Below, in pieces: positions 16,344 to 26,151 of a stretch of DNA of 64,000 nucleotides (the first letter of the stretch is position 1; the number at the start of each line of letters is the position of its first letter). The translations under genes and the position numbers were made by a program. The DNA is from an uncultured Acidobacteriota bacterium (GTDB taxonomy: Bacteria; Acidobacteriota; Vicinamibacteria; Vicinamibacterales; 2-12-FULL-66-21). A model generated the notes under the pieces. The model was given only the letters and a program-made list of their open reading frames with translations. It searched no databases and was not told where the DNA came from. Location: positions 1,106,658-1,170,657 of the forward strand of contig CAWJYM010000009.1 of NCBI GenBank assembly GCA_963847125.1, written 5' to 3'.

Positions 16344-19007
16344 GTGAGCCTCAAGGTCGGTTCGCGAGTTGGACCCTACGACGTCGTGTCGCTCATCGGC
16401 AGAGGCGGCATGGGGGAAGTCTACCGGGCGCGCGACACGAAACTCAAACGCGACGTCGCGCTGAAGGTGCTGCCCGACCAGTTCATCGCCGATCACGATC
16501 GGCTCGCGCGATTCCAGCGCGAAGCCGAGGTCCTCGCCTCACTCAATCATGCCCGCATCGCGAGCATCTACGGCGTCGAAGAAGCGAATGGCGTGCAGGC
16601 GCTCGTGCTGGAAATGGTCGAGGGGCCTACACTCGCCGACCGGATCGCGCTCGGCCCCATCCCGCTCGACGAGGCGCTGCCTATCTCGAGCCAGATCGCG
16701 GACGCCCTCGAAGCGGCGCACGAGCATGGAGTCATTCACCGCGACCTGAAGCCGGGCAACATCAAGGTCCTGCCGGACGGCTCGGTCAAGGTCCTGGACT
16801 TCGGTCTCGCCAAGGTCCTCGACCCCGATGTCGACGGGAGCGGCCACTCTCAGTCCCCCACCATCACGAGCCCCGCCATGACGCGGATCGGCGTCGTTCT
16901 CGGCACCGCCGCGTACATGAGTCCAGAGCAGGCCCGTGGCAGGGGCGTCGACAAGCGATCGGACATCTGGGCGTTCGGCTGCGTGCTGTACGAGATGCTC
17001 ACGGGCTCTCGCGCGTTCGAAGGTGGCGAGGTCTCCGACACGCTGGCGTTCGTGATCACGAAGGAACCGGACTGGAGCGCGCTGCCGTCAGGTCTTCCGC
17101 CAGCTGTCGTCGCTCTGTTGCGTCGGTGCCTGCAGAAAAGCGCACGCCTCCGGCTGCGCGATATTGGCGACGCCCGGCTCGCGGTCGACGACGCGCTGGC
17201 CCAGCTCGGCGCTGGTACGCAGGAGGGTTCACTCGTCGCCGACGCGCGGACACCCGGTCGCAGGACGCTTCGTTGGATCTCCCTCCCTCTCGTCGCGCTT
17301 ACGGCGATCGGTTTGACTCTGGTATCGATGCCACGACGCCCTGAAGTGCCTGCCGCACGTCCGACGCGCCTCGTGCTGCAGCTGCCGGCGGGCGACGAGC
17401 TGGCGTTCGGGGAAGCTGCACCGGTCGGCGAGGGTCGGCCCTCGGTCGCGATCTCACCCGACGGCACTCGCATCGTCTACGTCGGCCGGCGCGCCGGCAG
17501 CGTGCGGCTCTACCAGCGTCCGCTCGACTCATTCGACTCCACGGCAATCGCGGGCACGGAGGGTGCCTTCAATCCCTTCTTTTCGCCGGACGGGCAGTGG
17601 ATCGGGTTCTTCACGAACACGCATCTGAAGAAGGTCCCCGTCTCTGGCGGCACCCCGGTCACGCTCTGCGAGGCACGCAACCCGTACGGTGCCACGTGGT
17701 CGCGCGACTCCATCTTCTTCGCCCAGGTGTTCGGCACGGCTCTTTCGCGCGTCCCCGCGGCTGGTGGCGCCGCGGAGGTTGTGCGATCAGAGGGCGGCCA
17801 GAGATTCTGGCCTTTCAGTGTTCCGGACGACGACGCGTTGCTGGTGTCGGGATGGCCGGCCGGAATTCATCTCGTGCGATTGAACGACCGTGAAGGTGGT
17901 GACCGGATCATCGCACGAACCTACACGAATGCCCGCCTCACCCCGACGGGGCACATCATCCTCGTGCGTCCAGGACAGCTCATCGCCGCGCCGTTCGATC
18001 GGGCGCGCTGGGAAATCGTTGGCACCGAGACGCCGATCCTCGCCGGACTGCGGACCGAATCGTGGGGGGGCGGACACTTTTCATTCTCGCAGGAGGGCAC
18101 GCTGGCGTACGTGCAGGGCGCTCCCGCGACGACCGGATCGCTGGTGTCGCTCGATCGCGCTGGCCACACGGCGCCGATGCCCGGATTCGGAGCTGGCTAT
18201 TTCGGGGCGATCAAGTTGTCTCCCTCCGGCGAGAAGCTCGCGATTATCGTGACCGAAGCCACCAGCGAGCTCTGGGTCTACGACCTCGCACGGGGCACAC
18301 GCACGCGGCTGAATACGACCGCCAACAGCGGTCACCCCTTGTGGACGCCCGATGGCAAATGGGTCATGTTCAGCTCGTCCGAAGGCGGCGCCTGGAACAT
18401 CTTCCGGCAGCCGGCCGATGGGTCCGCGCCGCCGAGCCGTCTGGTCTCGAGCGCCAACAATCAGATCCCGTACGCCTGGTCGCCGGATGGCCGGGTTCTG
18501 GCCTATAGCGAAGTGGATCCGACCACTCGAGGCGACATCTGGCTGTTCTCGGAATCAGATCGCAAGCCGCGGCCGCTCCTCAAGAGTGGCGCCAGCGAAA
18601 CTCAACCCGCCATTTCGCCGGACGGCGCGTGGCTCGCCTATGTGTCGGATGAATCCGGCAAGTCGGAAGTGTACGTGACGAGCTATCCAGACGTCCGCGG
18701 TCGTACCCTGATCTCATTTGATGGCGGAGAGGAGCCTATCTGGTCGCGGGACGGCACAGAGCTCTTCTATCGCAACGGCCAACGCTGGATGAGCGTGACG
18801 GTTTCGACGCGGCCGACATTCGACGCGGGCCGGCCTCGCATGATCTTCGAAGGCAACTACCTCAACGTATCGGGCCTTTCCTACGACGTGAGCGCCGACG
18901 GAAGACGATTCGTCCTGATTCGCGGGCTGGACGCTCCGCCCGCGCGCGAAATCCATGTCGTGCTCAACTGGTTTGAAGAGGTGAAACGCCTCACCGGCAC
19001 ACCGTGA
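16344..19007 (+). CDS. Ser/Thr protein kinase fused through one TM helix to a TolB/PD40-type beta-propeller
   Basis: GTG start. GRGGMGEVYRARD ... VALKVL ... HRDLKPGNIKV ... DFGLAK ... YMSPEQ. Repeated SPDG blades (ISPDGTRIVYV, FSPDGQWIGF, WTPDGKWVMF, WSPDGRVLAY, ISPDGAWLAY). TATAAT at 16323-16328. Confidence 0.92.
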   Translation: MSLKVGSRVGPYDVVSLIGRGGMGEVYRARDTKLKRDVALKVLPDQFIADHDRLARFQREAEVLASLNHARIASIYGVEEANGVQALVLEMVEGPTLADRIALGPIPLDEALPISSQIADALEAAHEHGVIHRDLKPGNIKVLPDGSVKVLDFGLAKVLDPDVDGSGHSQSPTITSPAMTRIGVVLGTAAYMSPEQARGRGVDKRSDIWAFGCVLYEMLTGSRAFEGGEVSDTLAFVITKEPDWSALPSGLPPAVVALLRRCLQKSARLRLRDIGDARLAVDDALAQLGAGTQEGSLVADARTPGRRTLRWISLPLVALTAIGLTLVSMPRRPEVPAARPTRLVLQLPAGDELAFGEAAPVGEGRPSVAISPDGTRIVYVGRRAGSVRLYQRPLDSFDSTAIAGTEGAFNPFFSPDGQWIGFFTNTHLKKVPVSGGTPVTLCEARNPYGATWSRDSIFFAQVFGTALSRVPAAGGAAEVVRSEGGQRFWPFSVPDDDALLVSGWPAGIHLVRLNDREGGDRIIARTYTNARLTPTGHIILVRPGQLIAAPFDRARWEIVGTETPILAGLRTESWGGGHFSFSQEGTLAYVQGAPATTGSLVSLDRAGHTAPMPGFGAGYFGAIKLSPSGEKLAIIVTEATSELWVYDLARGTRTRLNTTANSGHPLWTPDGKWVMFSSSEGGAWNIFRQPADGSAPPSRLVSSANNQIPYAWSPDGRVLAYSEVDPTTRGDIWLFSESDRKPRPLLKSGASETQPAISPDGAWLAYVSDESGKSEVYVTSYPDVRGRTLISFDGGEEPIWSRDGTELFYRNGQRWMSVTVSTRPTFDAGRPRMIFEGNYLNVSGLSYDVSADGRRFVLIRGLDAPPAREIHVVLNWFEEVKRLTGTP

Positions 19008-19861
19008 CTCAGCGAGGACGCGAGAGTGCCGTGCCAGGATTGCTGATGCGACACGCCGCCCTCGGACTGACAGTTCTCGTCACGGTGCTCGTCGCCGCGT
19101 CGTGGCCGCCTATACGTCAGTCTCTCGACTACCATGACTTTGCGGATCGTCGCGCGCTGCTCGGAATCCACAACACCCTCGACGTGCTTTCCAACGTGCC
19201 GTTCGCCATCGTGGGATTGTCCGGGCTGGCGGTGACGTTCTCACGGCGGCCGAGAGGTTCCTCTCCGTTCTCAGACCCGTGGGAACGCTGGCCGTATGCG
19301 GCTCTCTTTGCTGGAGTGGCCCTGACGAGTCTGGGCTCCGGCTATTACCATCTGGCTCCGGACAACGCGCGGCTCGTCTGGGATCGATTGCCGATGTCGG
19401 TTGGCTTCATGGGGTTGCTGACTGCCCTGCTCGCCGAGCGTGTCAGCCTCTCGATCGGTCGATGGCTCTTTGTTCCGCTGCTGGCCGCTGGCGCCGCTGG
19501 AGTCTTCTACTGGTACTGGAGCGAGCTCCGTAGCGCGGGCGACTTGCGTCTCTACGTTCTGGTGCAGTTCGGCTCCCTGCTCTGGATCGTGCTGCTGCTC
19601 GTTCTGTACCCTGCCCGGTACTCGGGCACGGTCTACCTGGTCACCGGGCTGGCCGCGTATGGTGTCGGCAAGGCTTTCGAGCTCGCCGACCATCAGGTGT
19701 TTGGCTTCGGACGAATCGTCAGCGGTCACACGCTCAAGCACCTGACGGCGGCAGCCGGAGTCGCCTGCCTCATCGTGATGCTGAGGGAGCGGGAGTGCCA
19801 GCGTGGCGACCGATCTGACGACGTGGAGGGACGCACACGAGCTCGGTCTGGACCAGGTTGA
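19004..19861 (+). CDS. Multi-pass membrane protein, alkaline-ceramidase-like family
   Basis: Seven hydrophobic segments. Motifs NTLDVLSNVPFAIVG, GSGYYHLAPDN, WDRLPM and SGHTLKHL resemble bacterial ceramidase-domain proteins (assignment from memory). GTGA overlap with the kinase stop. Confidence 0.6.
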   Translation: MTQRGRESAVPGLLMRHAALGLTVLVTVLVAASWPPIRQSLDYHDFADRRALLGIHNTLDVLSNVPFAIVGLSGLAVTFSRRPRGSSPFSDPWERWPYAALFAGVALTSLGSGYYHLAPDNARLVWDRLPMSVGFMGLLTALLAERVSLSIGRWLFVPLLAAGAAGVFYWYWSELRSAGDLRLYVLVQFGSLLWIVLLLVLYPARYSGTVYLVTGLAAYGVGKAFELADHQVFGFGRIVSGHTLKHLTAAAGVACLIVMLRERECQRGDRSDDVEGRTRARSGPG

Positions 19862-19870
19862 ACGTTGGCG

Positions 19871-20290
19871 TCAGCGCGCAGGCTCGGCCTGTTTCACCGG
19901 ACACTGCAAGCAGATTTCATATCCATCCGGATCGCGCAGATACGTCTGTTTCATTCCATAAGCCTGCACGACCGGCTGACTGGCGTGAATACCCTTGTGC
20001 CGAAGGTACGCGTAGGCGGCATCCACGTCCGCACAGCCGAAGAAGAGCGCCGTATCGCGATGCGCCTCGACCCGGGCCGCGTCGGGCGTCGGTGGTCTGT
20101 CGTCCGCCTCGTACGCCGTGTTGAGCATCAGCTCGGACTCATGGAGTCTGAGCAGCACCCAGTCGCACTGGTCGTCGTCGGGAACCGGGCTCACGACTTC
20201 GAATCCCAGGATGTCTCGATAAAACGCGATCGACGTCGGCATATCGAAGACTTGAATCAGGGGGCAGAGCCCGCCAATCTTCAATTCCAT
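19871..20290 (-). CDS. VOC/glyoxalase-bleomycin-resistance family protein
   Basis: ATG at 20290 preceded by GGAGG 9 nt upstream. [33 protein letters not shown] ... [12 protein letters not shown] is the VOC fold pattern. It is in the same open frame as the coxL 3' part (no intervening stop). Confidence 0.8.
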   Translation of the reverse strand: MELKIGGLCPLIQVFDMPTSIAFYRDILGFEVVSPVPDDDQCDWVLLRLHESELMLNTAYEADDRPPTPDAARVEAHRDTALFFGCADVDAAYAYLRHKGIHASQPVVQAYGMKQTYLRDPDGYEICLQCPVKQAEPAR

Positions 20291-21490
20291 GGTGCGCTGC
20301 CTCCGACCTCTCACTCCGCAACGCCCTTCTCCTTGCAGAATCTTCCACACCTTCTCTGGCGTGATCGGGATGTCGATGTGCTTGACGCCGAGGTGCGCGA
20401 GCGCATCGACGACGGCGTTCACGATCGCCGGCGGCGCGCCGACCGTGGCCGACTCGCCGACGCCCTTGGCGCCCAGCGGATGATGCGGCGACGGCGTCAC
20501 CGTCTTGTCCGTTTCCCACTTCGGCGTCTCCATCGCGGTCGGCACTAGATAATCCATAAAGCTGCCGCCCTGGATGTTGCCCGACTCGTCGTAGCTGATC
20601 TCCTCGAACAACGCTGGCGCCAACCCCATGGACAGGCCGCCGTGCACCTGGCCTTCTACGATCATCGGGTTGATGATGTTGCCGCAGTCGTCCACCGCCA
20701 TGAACCGGCGGAGGCTGACCATCCCGGTGCCGCGATCGATGTCCACGACCGCGATGTAGGAACCGAACGGGAACGTGAGGTTGGGCGGGTCGTAGTAGTT
20801 GACCGCCTCCAGCCCTGCTTCCATGCCGGGCGGGTGGTTCGTGTAAGCCGCCAGCGCGATGTCCTGGATCGTCTTCGCCTTCTGCGGGGCGCCCTTGACC
20901 GAGAACTTGCCCGGCTCCCACACGAGGTCCTCCTCGCTGACTTCGAGCAGGTGGGCCGCGATCTTCCTCGCCTTGTCGCGGATCTTGCGCGCGGCGATGG
21001 CGCCCGCCGCGCCGGCGGTCGGCGTCGAGCGGCTCGCGTACGTGCCGAGGCCATAGGGCGCCGTATCGGTGTCCCCTTCCTCGACCTCGACGTGCGCCGC
21101 CGGGATACCCAGCTCCTCCGCGACGATCTGCGCGTAGGTCGTCTCGTGTCCCTGCCCCTGGCTCTTGGTCCCGAACCGCGCCGTCGCCTTGCCCGTCGGG
21201 TGCACGCGGATCTCGGCCGAGTCGAACATCTTGATCCCGAGGATGTCGAACTGTTTCGACGGCCCTGCGCCCACGACCTCGGTGAAACTGCAGATGCCGA
21301 TGCCCATCAGCTCGCCGCGCTTCCGCTTCTCCGCCTGCTCCTTCCGAAGCGCCGCGTAGCCGATGTTGTCCATCGCCTTCTTCAGCGCCCCTTCGTAGTT
21401 GCCGCTGTCGTACTCCCAGCCGAGCACCGACTTGTACGGGAACTTGTTCGCCGGGATGAAGTTCTTCATCCGCAGCTCGGCCGGGATCCA
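20291..21490 (-). CDS. coxL: CO dehydrogenase large subunit CoxL, C-terminal part (after the frameshift); no stop codon before the VOC ORF
   Basis: [31 protein letters not shown] ... [19 protein letters not shown] ... [21 protein letters not shown] ... [21 protein letters not shown] is the molybdopterin-binding dehydrogenase C-terminal domain. Confidence 0.85.
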
Positions 21491-22679
21491 TCTTGAGTTC
21501 CTGCGCCAGCACGTCCACCATGCGCTCGATCGCGTGCACCGCTTCGGTGACGCGGAACGAGCAGCGGTACGCGATGCCGCCCGGCGGCTTGTTCGTGTAC
21601 ACGCCATCCACCTCCGCGAACGCGTTCTTCAGGTCGTACGAGCCGGTGCAGATCGAGAAGAGGCCGGCGGGAAACTTCGACGGGTTGGCCGCGGCATCCG
21701 TGTACCCGTGGTCCGCCACCGTCTTGATCCTCAGCGCCGTCATCGTCCCGTCCTTCTTCGCCGCGAGCTCCGCCTTGATGTGATAGTCGCGCGCGAAGGA
21801 ATCGGCCTGGAGGTTCTCCATCCGATCCTCGATCCACTTCACGGGCTTCCCGATGACGACCGAGGCGGCGATGGCGATGACGTAGCCCGGGTACACGGGC
21901 ACCTTGCCGCCGAATCCGCCGCCGATGTCTGGCGCGATGATCCGGATCTTCTCTTCCGACAACCCGACGTGGCCGGCGACGAGCGCGAGAACCGTGCGAA
22001 TCGCGTGGGGCGCCTGCGTGGTCATGTAGACCGTGAGCTTGCCGGACACGCGGTCGAAGTCGGCGACGCAGCCGCACGTCTCGATCGACGCGACGTGGAT
22101 GCGCGGCAGATAGATGTCCTGCGCCACCTTGACGTCGGCGCTGGCGAACGCGCTGTCGGTCGCCTTCCGGTCGCCCGCCTCCCAGTGAAAGATGTGGTTG
22201 TCCTTCTTGTCTTTCTTGTCGGTCCTGAGCACGGGCGCGCCGGGCTCGAGCGCCTTGAACGGATCGACGACGACAGGGAGCGGGTCGTAGTCGACGTCGA
22301 CGGCATCGACGCCGTCGGCGGCGGCGTACCGGCTCGTCGCGATGACGCCGGCCACCTCCTGCGCCTGGTACATGACCTTTTCGGTCGGCAGCACCATCTG
22401 CGTGTCCGACATCAGCGTCGGCATCCAGTGCAGGTTGTACTTGGCGAGGGTCTCGCCGGTAATCACGGCGAGGACGCCAGGCACTTTCAGCGCGCGCTCG
22501 GTGTTGATGGATTTGATCTTTGCGTGGGCGAACGGGCTGCGGACGATGTCCAGGTAGAGCATGCCCGGCAGCGAGATGTCGTCCACGTAGCGGCCCTGCC
22601 CGCGGATGAAGCGCGGGTCTTCCTTGCGCTTGATCGAATGGCCCATTCCTCCGACTTCCGGTGTCGTTCGCGGCGCCAT
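21480..22679 (-). CDS. coxL: CO dehydrogenase large subunit CoxL, N-terminal part (form I signature); frame broken near 21480-21487
   Basis: ATG at 22679 with GGAG upstream. GHSIKRKEDPRFIRGQGRYVDD. Form-I active-site signature GGIAYRCSFRVTEA at about 21550-21572. The frame ends in [10 protein letters not shown] and then turns to non-coding-looking sequence. Confidence 0.88.
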
Positions 22680-22835
22680 TTTCTTCTCCTTACCGGGGCT
22701 CCGCCCCGGACCCCGGCTCGGTCGCTCGCGGGGCCCCGTCGCCCCGCTCCGCTCCCTCGCGGGCGCGCTGTGCGCGCCGCCGTGATGCGGCAGCAATCGG
22801 CTCTTGTCGTTGGCGCATCACGGCCTAGTGTACGG

Positions 22836-23306
22836 CTAGCGCGGTCGCGCAGCCGCGTATTGAATCGACTTCACGATGTTCACGTACCCGGTACAGCGGC
22901 AGAGATTGCCTGAGATCGCGTGGCGGATCTCCGGCTCCGTCGGATTCGGGTTCTGTCCGAGGAGCGCCACGCCCGTCATCATCATCCCGGGCGTGCAGAA
23001 GCCGCATTGGAGGCCGTGCTCCTGCCAGAAACCTTCCTGGATCGGATGGAGCTTGCCGTTCTGTTCGAGCCCTTCGACGGTCGTGATCTCGCCGCCGTCC
23101 GCCTGCACGGCGAGCACGGTGCAGGACTTCACGGGTTCCTTGTTGAGAATCACGGTGCACGCGCCGCAGTGCGAGGTGTCGCAGCCGATGTGCGTGCCCG
23201 TCAGCCGGAGGTCCTCGCGCAGAAAGTGCACGAGCAGCAGACGCGAGTCGACCTGCTTCTCCTGGGGGGTCCCGTTCACCGTGACGCGAATCGTGTGCGT
23301 CGCCAT
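22836..23306 (-). CDS. coxS: CO dehydrogenase small subunit, [2Fe-2S]-binding
   Basis: [12 protein letters not shown] and CGFCTPG ... CRCTGY cysteine clusters. 156 aa. Confidence 0.93.
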   Translation of the reverse strand: MATHTIRVTVNGTPQEKQVDSRLLLVHFLREDLRLTGTHIGCDTSHCGACTVILNKEPVKSCTVLAVQADGGEITTVEGLEQNGKLHPIQEGFWQEHGLQCGFCTPGMMMTGVALLGQNPNPTEPEIRHAISGNLCRCTGYVNIVKSIQYAAARPR

Positions 23307-23308
23307 GG

Positions 23309-24181
23309 TCAGCGTCCTCCCGCCCGTTCGACGGCCTTCGTGAGCGCCCGTGCCGTCAGCACGCGCGCCATCTCGCGCTTGTACTCCACGGATCCACGGC
23401 GATCCGCCGACGGCGACGCGGCCTGTCCAGCCAGTTTCGCCGCCTCGGCGATCGTCTTCGCATCAGGTTTCTTCTTCTGCAGGAAGCGCTCGGCCTCGAC
23501 CGCCCTGATGGGCGTCGGGCCGACGGCGGTCAGCGCGATCCCGGCGCGCTCGACCGTGCCGTCCGCGCCGAGCGTCACTTGCGCGGCCGCGGCCGCGGTG
23601 GCGAAATCGCCAACCTTGCGCTCCAGCTTCACGTAGGCGCCGCCGCTTCGCGCCGGCGGCGTCGGGATGCGGATCTCGGTGAGGATCTCGTCGGGCGCGA
23701 GAGAGGTGGCGAAGATCCCGGTGAAGAGCTTGTCGATGGGAATCGTGCGCTGGCCTTTATGGCCCGCGACCGTCACCTCGGCGCCGAGCGCGATCATCGT
23801 CGCCGGATGGTCGTTGGCTGGATCGCCGTGCGCGAGGTTGCCGCCGATCGTCGCGCGGTTCCGAACGATCGGGTCGGCGATGACCAGGGCCGTGTCGTGA
23901 AGAATCGGATACTTCTTCTTGATCAGGTCGGACCGTTCGATGGCCGATTCCCGCGTGCACCCGCCGATCGTGAGGAAGCCCCCCTCCTCCTTGATGTACT
24001 CGAGCCCGGGAATGCGCCCGATGTCGACCAGGTGGGCCGCCGCCCCCATACGGAGCTTGAGCAGCGGCAGCAGGCTCTGCCCTCCCGACAGCACTTTGGC
24101 CTGATCGCCATGCTGCTGGAGCAGGGAGATCGCCTCCGAGAGCGATTTGGGAGCGTGGTAATCGAACGGCGCGGGAATCAT
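23309..24181 (-). CDS. coxM: CO dehydrogenase medium subunit, FAD-binding
   Basis: [21 protein letters not shown] ... [14 protein letters not shown] ... [17 protein letters not shown] is the FAD_binding_5 / CO_deh_flav_C pattern. 290 aa. Confidence 0.92.
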   Translation of the reverse strand: MIPAPFDYHAPKSLSEAISLLQQHGDQAKVLSGGQSLLPLLKLRMGAAAHLVDIGRIPGLEYIKEEGGFLTIGGCTRESAIERSDLIKKKYPILHDTALVIADPIVRNRATIGGNLAHGDPANDHPATMIALGAEVTVAGHKGQRTIPIDKLFTGIFATSLAPDEILTEIRIPTPPARSGGAYVKLERKVGDFATAAAAAQVTLGADGTVERAGIALTAVGPTPIRAVEAERFLQKKKPDAKTIAEAAKLAGQAASPSADRRGSVEYKREMARVLTARALTKAVERAGGR

Positions 24182-24339
24182 AGTGAAGTCCTCATTTATC
24201 TATGCTCGCGGGGCCCCACCCCCGCTCGCTCTCGCTCGGCGGCGCCGCTCCGCGGCGCTTCCCTCCGGCGCCTCGCTCGGGCCGCAGGCGCTTCAACGCA
24301 AAAGCCACCAGAACGCGACGAAAAGTACTATCCCGACTC

Positions 24340-25008
24340 CTACCCAGACAATCGGCCGCCGAAAAGCCCGGCCGGCTGCGCGGCCGACGACGGCGGAGCC
24401 GAACGATAGCACTTCGATGGGGGGGGCGCCTGCGCCGCCGGGTTGCCGAGCGGCTTCGGCGGGGCAAGGCCCGGGGCTTGGGGCTTAGGGCCCGCCTTCG
24501 CCGCGGAATCGCCGAGCGGCTTCGGCGGGGCAGGCTCTGGGGCCTGAGGCTCGGACGTTTCGAGCTCCGCGCGGGCGGCGGCGACGAACTTGTCGAACAT
24601 CTGATCGCTCACGTCCTGGATCATCCCGCGGCCGAACTGCGCGAGGATGCCCATGACGTTGACCTGGGACGTGATCTGGACCTCGGTCTCGCCCGGCGCG
24701 CGCGCGACCAGCTTGCTCGTCATCCGCATGTCGGCGCCGCCTTTGCCGCGGACGTCCTGGCCGGCGGCGACGATAGCGGCGGTCTTTGCCACAGGGTCCA
24801 GCTTCTCGAACGTCATCGTGCCCTTGTAGCTCGCCGCGACCGGCCCGACTTTCATCGTGATCGTGCCGGCGTAGGTCTTCTCGTCCACCTGGTTCGTGAT
24901 CTGGGCGCCGGGCAGGCACCGCGCGACGCGGGCGGGATCGGTGAGGAAGCTCCACGCGGCCTCAGGCGACGCTTTCACGACGAAGGACTTCGAGATTTCG
25001 AGCGCCAT
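24340..25008 (-). CDS. coxG: CoxG-like SRPBCC protein with a Pro-rich duplicated C-terminal tail
   Basis: MALEISKSFVVKASPEAAWSFLTDPARVARCLPGA matches the CoxG/SRPBCC N-terminus. The tail EPQAPEPAPPKPLGDSAAKAGPKPQAPGLAPPKPLGNPAAQAPPPSK is encoded by a ~68-bp tandem duplication at 24439-24549. Confidence 0.8.
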   Translation of the reverse strand: MALEISKSFVVKASPEAAWSFLTDPARVARCLPGAQITNQVDEKTYAGTITMKVGPVAASYKGTMTFEKLDPVAKTAAIVAAGQDVRGKGGADMRMTSKLVARAPGETEVQITSQVNVMGILAQFGRGMIQDVSDQMFDKFVAAARAELETSEPQAPEPAPPKPLGDSAAKAGPKPQAPGLAPPKPLGNPAAQAPPPSKCYRSAPPSSAAQPAGLFGGRLSG

Positions 25009-25011
25009 GGA

Positions 25012-26151
25012 TCACGCCGCCAGCTCGGGCAGCAGCCGCTCGAGCGATTCGAGCGTGTGCGCCGGGCCGAATCGATCGATGAAGGGCATCGCCGCCTGCA
25101 TGGCGTGCGCGGTCGGCTCGTATCGCGGATCGCCGGAAAGCGGATTCAACCAGACGATCCGCCGCGCTTTCGAGCTGAGCGTCCGCATCGCGGCGGTCAC
25201 GAGCGCGGTGTCCCCTCGATCGAGCCCATCGCTGACGATCGCGATCACGGTTCGCGCGCCCACGAGGTCGGAGTGCTTCGAGATGAGCTCCGAGAGGCTC
25301 TCGCCAATCCGCGTGCCGCCCGACCAGCCCGGCACGCCCGAGGCCAGCCGGTCGAGCGTCGGACCGATCCTGCCCGGCGACAGCCAGGGAGTGAGCCGCG
25401 TAAGCGAAGTGTTGAACGCGAACACCTCGGTCCGCCGTGCGACACGCTTGAGCGCGAGGACGAACGCCAGCAGGAACCGGACGTGGATGTCCATCGATCC
25501 GCTCGTATCGCAGAGAACGACGAGGCGCGGCTCGTCGATCGCGCGGCCACGATGCGCCAGCGACACCATCTCGCCGCCGGTCGCGAGAGCCTTCCGGAAG
25601 CTGCGCCGGATGTCGGGCATCCCGCGTCCCTTGACCGGCGCGAGACGCCGGCTCCGGCGCGCCGCCCATCGAGGCACCCAGCGCGCCAGGAGCTGCTCCA
25701 TGTCGGCGAGATCTTTCGAAGAGCACTCTTCGAAGGGCTTGCGCCTGAGCGCGACTTCACGGCTGTAGGCGAGCGATCGGTGTCCGGCGGGTCCGAGGGG
25801 TTCGGTTTCTTCGGCGGGCCTAAGAGGCCCGCCCTCCGCGACGGGCCTGAGAGGCCCGCCCTCCAGGGCGAATCGTCCGGCGGGCCTAAGAGGCCCGCCC
25901 TCCGGCCGGCCGCCCCAGTACCGCCCGAACGCGTCGTCGAACGCCTCGCGATCGCGCGGGCGAATCTTCAACGCCGTGAGGAGGGCACGCCGCACCTCCT
26001 CGCGATCGGCGAGATCGACGAGCGTGAGCGCGTTGGCCGCATCGACCTCGTCGCCGACACCCACCGCGACGCCGCGGCCGCGGAGCGCGCCGGCGAAGCG
26101 CGCGAGGTGGACGACCAGGTCAGCTTCCTCGATCAGTTCATTCTCGATCAC
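25012..26151 (-). CDS. coxE: CoxE-like von Willebrand factor A (VWA) protein
   Basis: GTG start overlapping the coxD stop (GTGA). VVLCDTSGSMD MIDAS motif. Family-typical VHLARFAGALRGRGVAVG N-terminus. Confidence 0.85.
   Translation of the reverse strand: MIENELIEEADLVVHLARFAGALRGRGVAVGVGDEVDAANALTLVDLADREEVRRALLTALKIRPRDREAFDDAFGRYWGGRPEGGPLRPAGRFALEGGPLRPVAEGGPLRPAEETEPLGPAGHRSLAYSREVALRRKPFEECSSKDLADMEQLLARWVPRWAARRSRRLAPVKGRGMPDIRRSFRKALATGGEMVSLAHRGRAIDEPRLVVLCDTSGSMDIHVRFLLAFVLALKRVARRTEVFAFNTSLTRLTPWLSPGRIGPTLDRLASGVPGWSGGTRIGESLSELISKHSDLVGARTVIAIVSDGLDRGDTALVTAAMRTLSSKARRIVWLNPLSGDPRYEPTAHAMQAAMPFIDRFGPAHTLESLERLLPELAA
25812..25902. repeat. Three tandem palindromic units (GGCGGGCCT-aag-AGGCCCGCC + CTCC) inside the coxE coding sequence, in frame
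   Basis: Units at about 25812-25838, 25840-25864 and 25877-25902. Each has a 6-9-bp perfect stem with a 3-nt loop and encodes EGGPLRP(A/V) in the CoxE linker. Confidence 0.85.

Noticed and set aside
19871-21607. A genuine CoxL-VOC bifunctional fusion protein
   Set aside because: The VOC part has its own GGAGG and ATG. The junction peptide ([14 protein letters not shown]) looks like translated spacer, and a stop lies one +1 shift away. Kept only as an alternative within the coxL finding.
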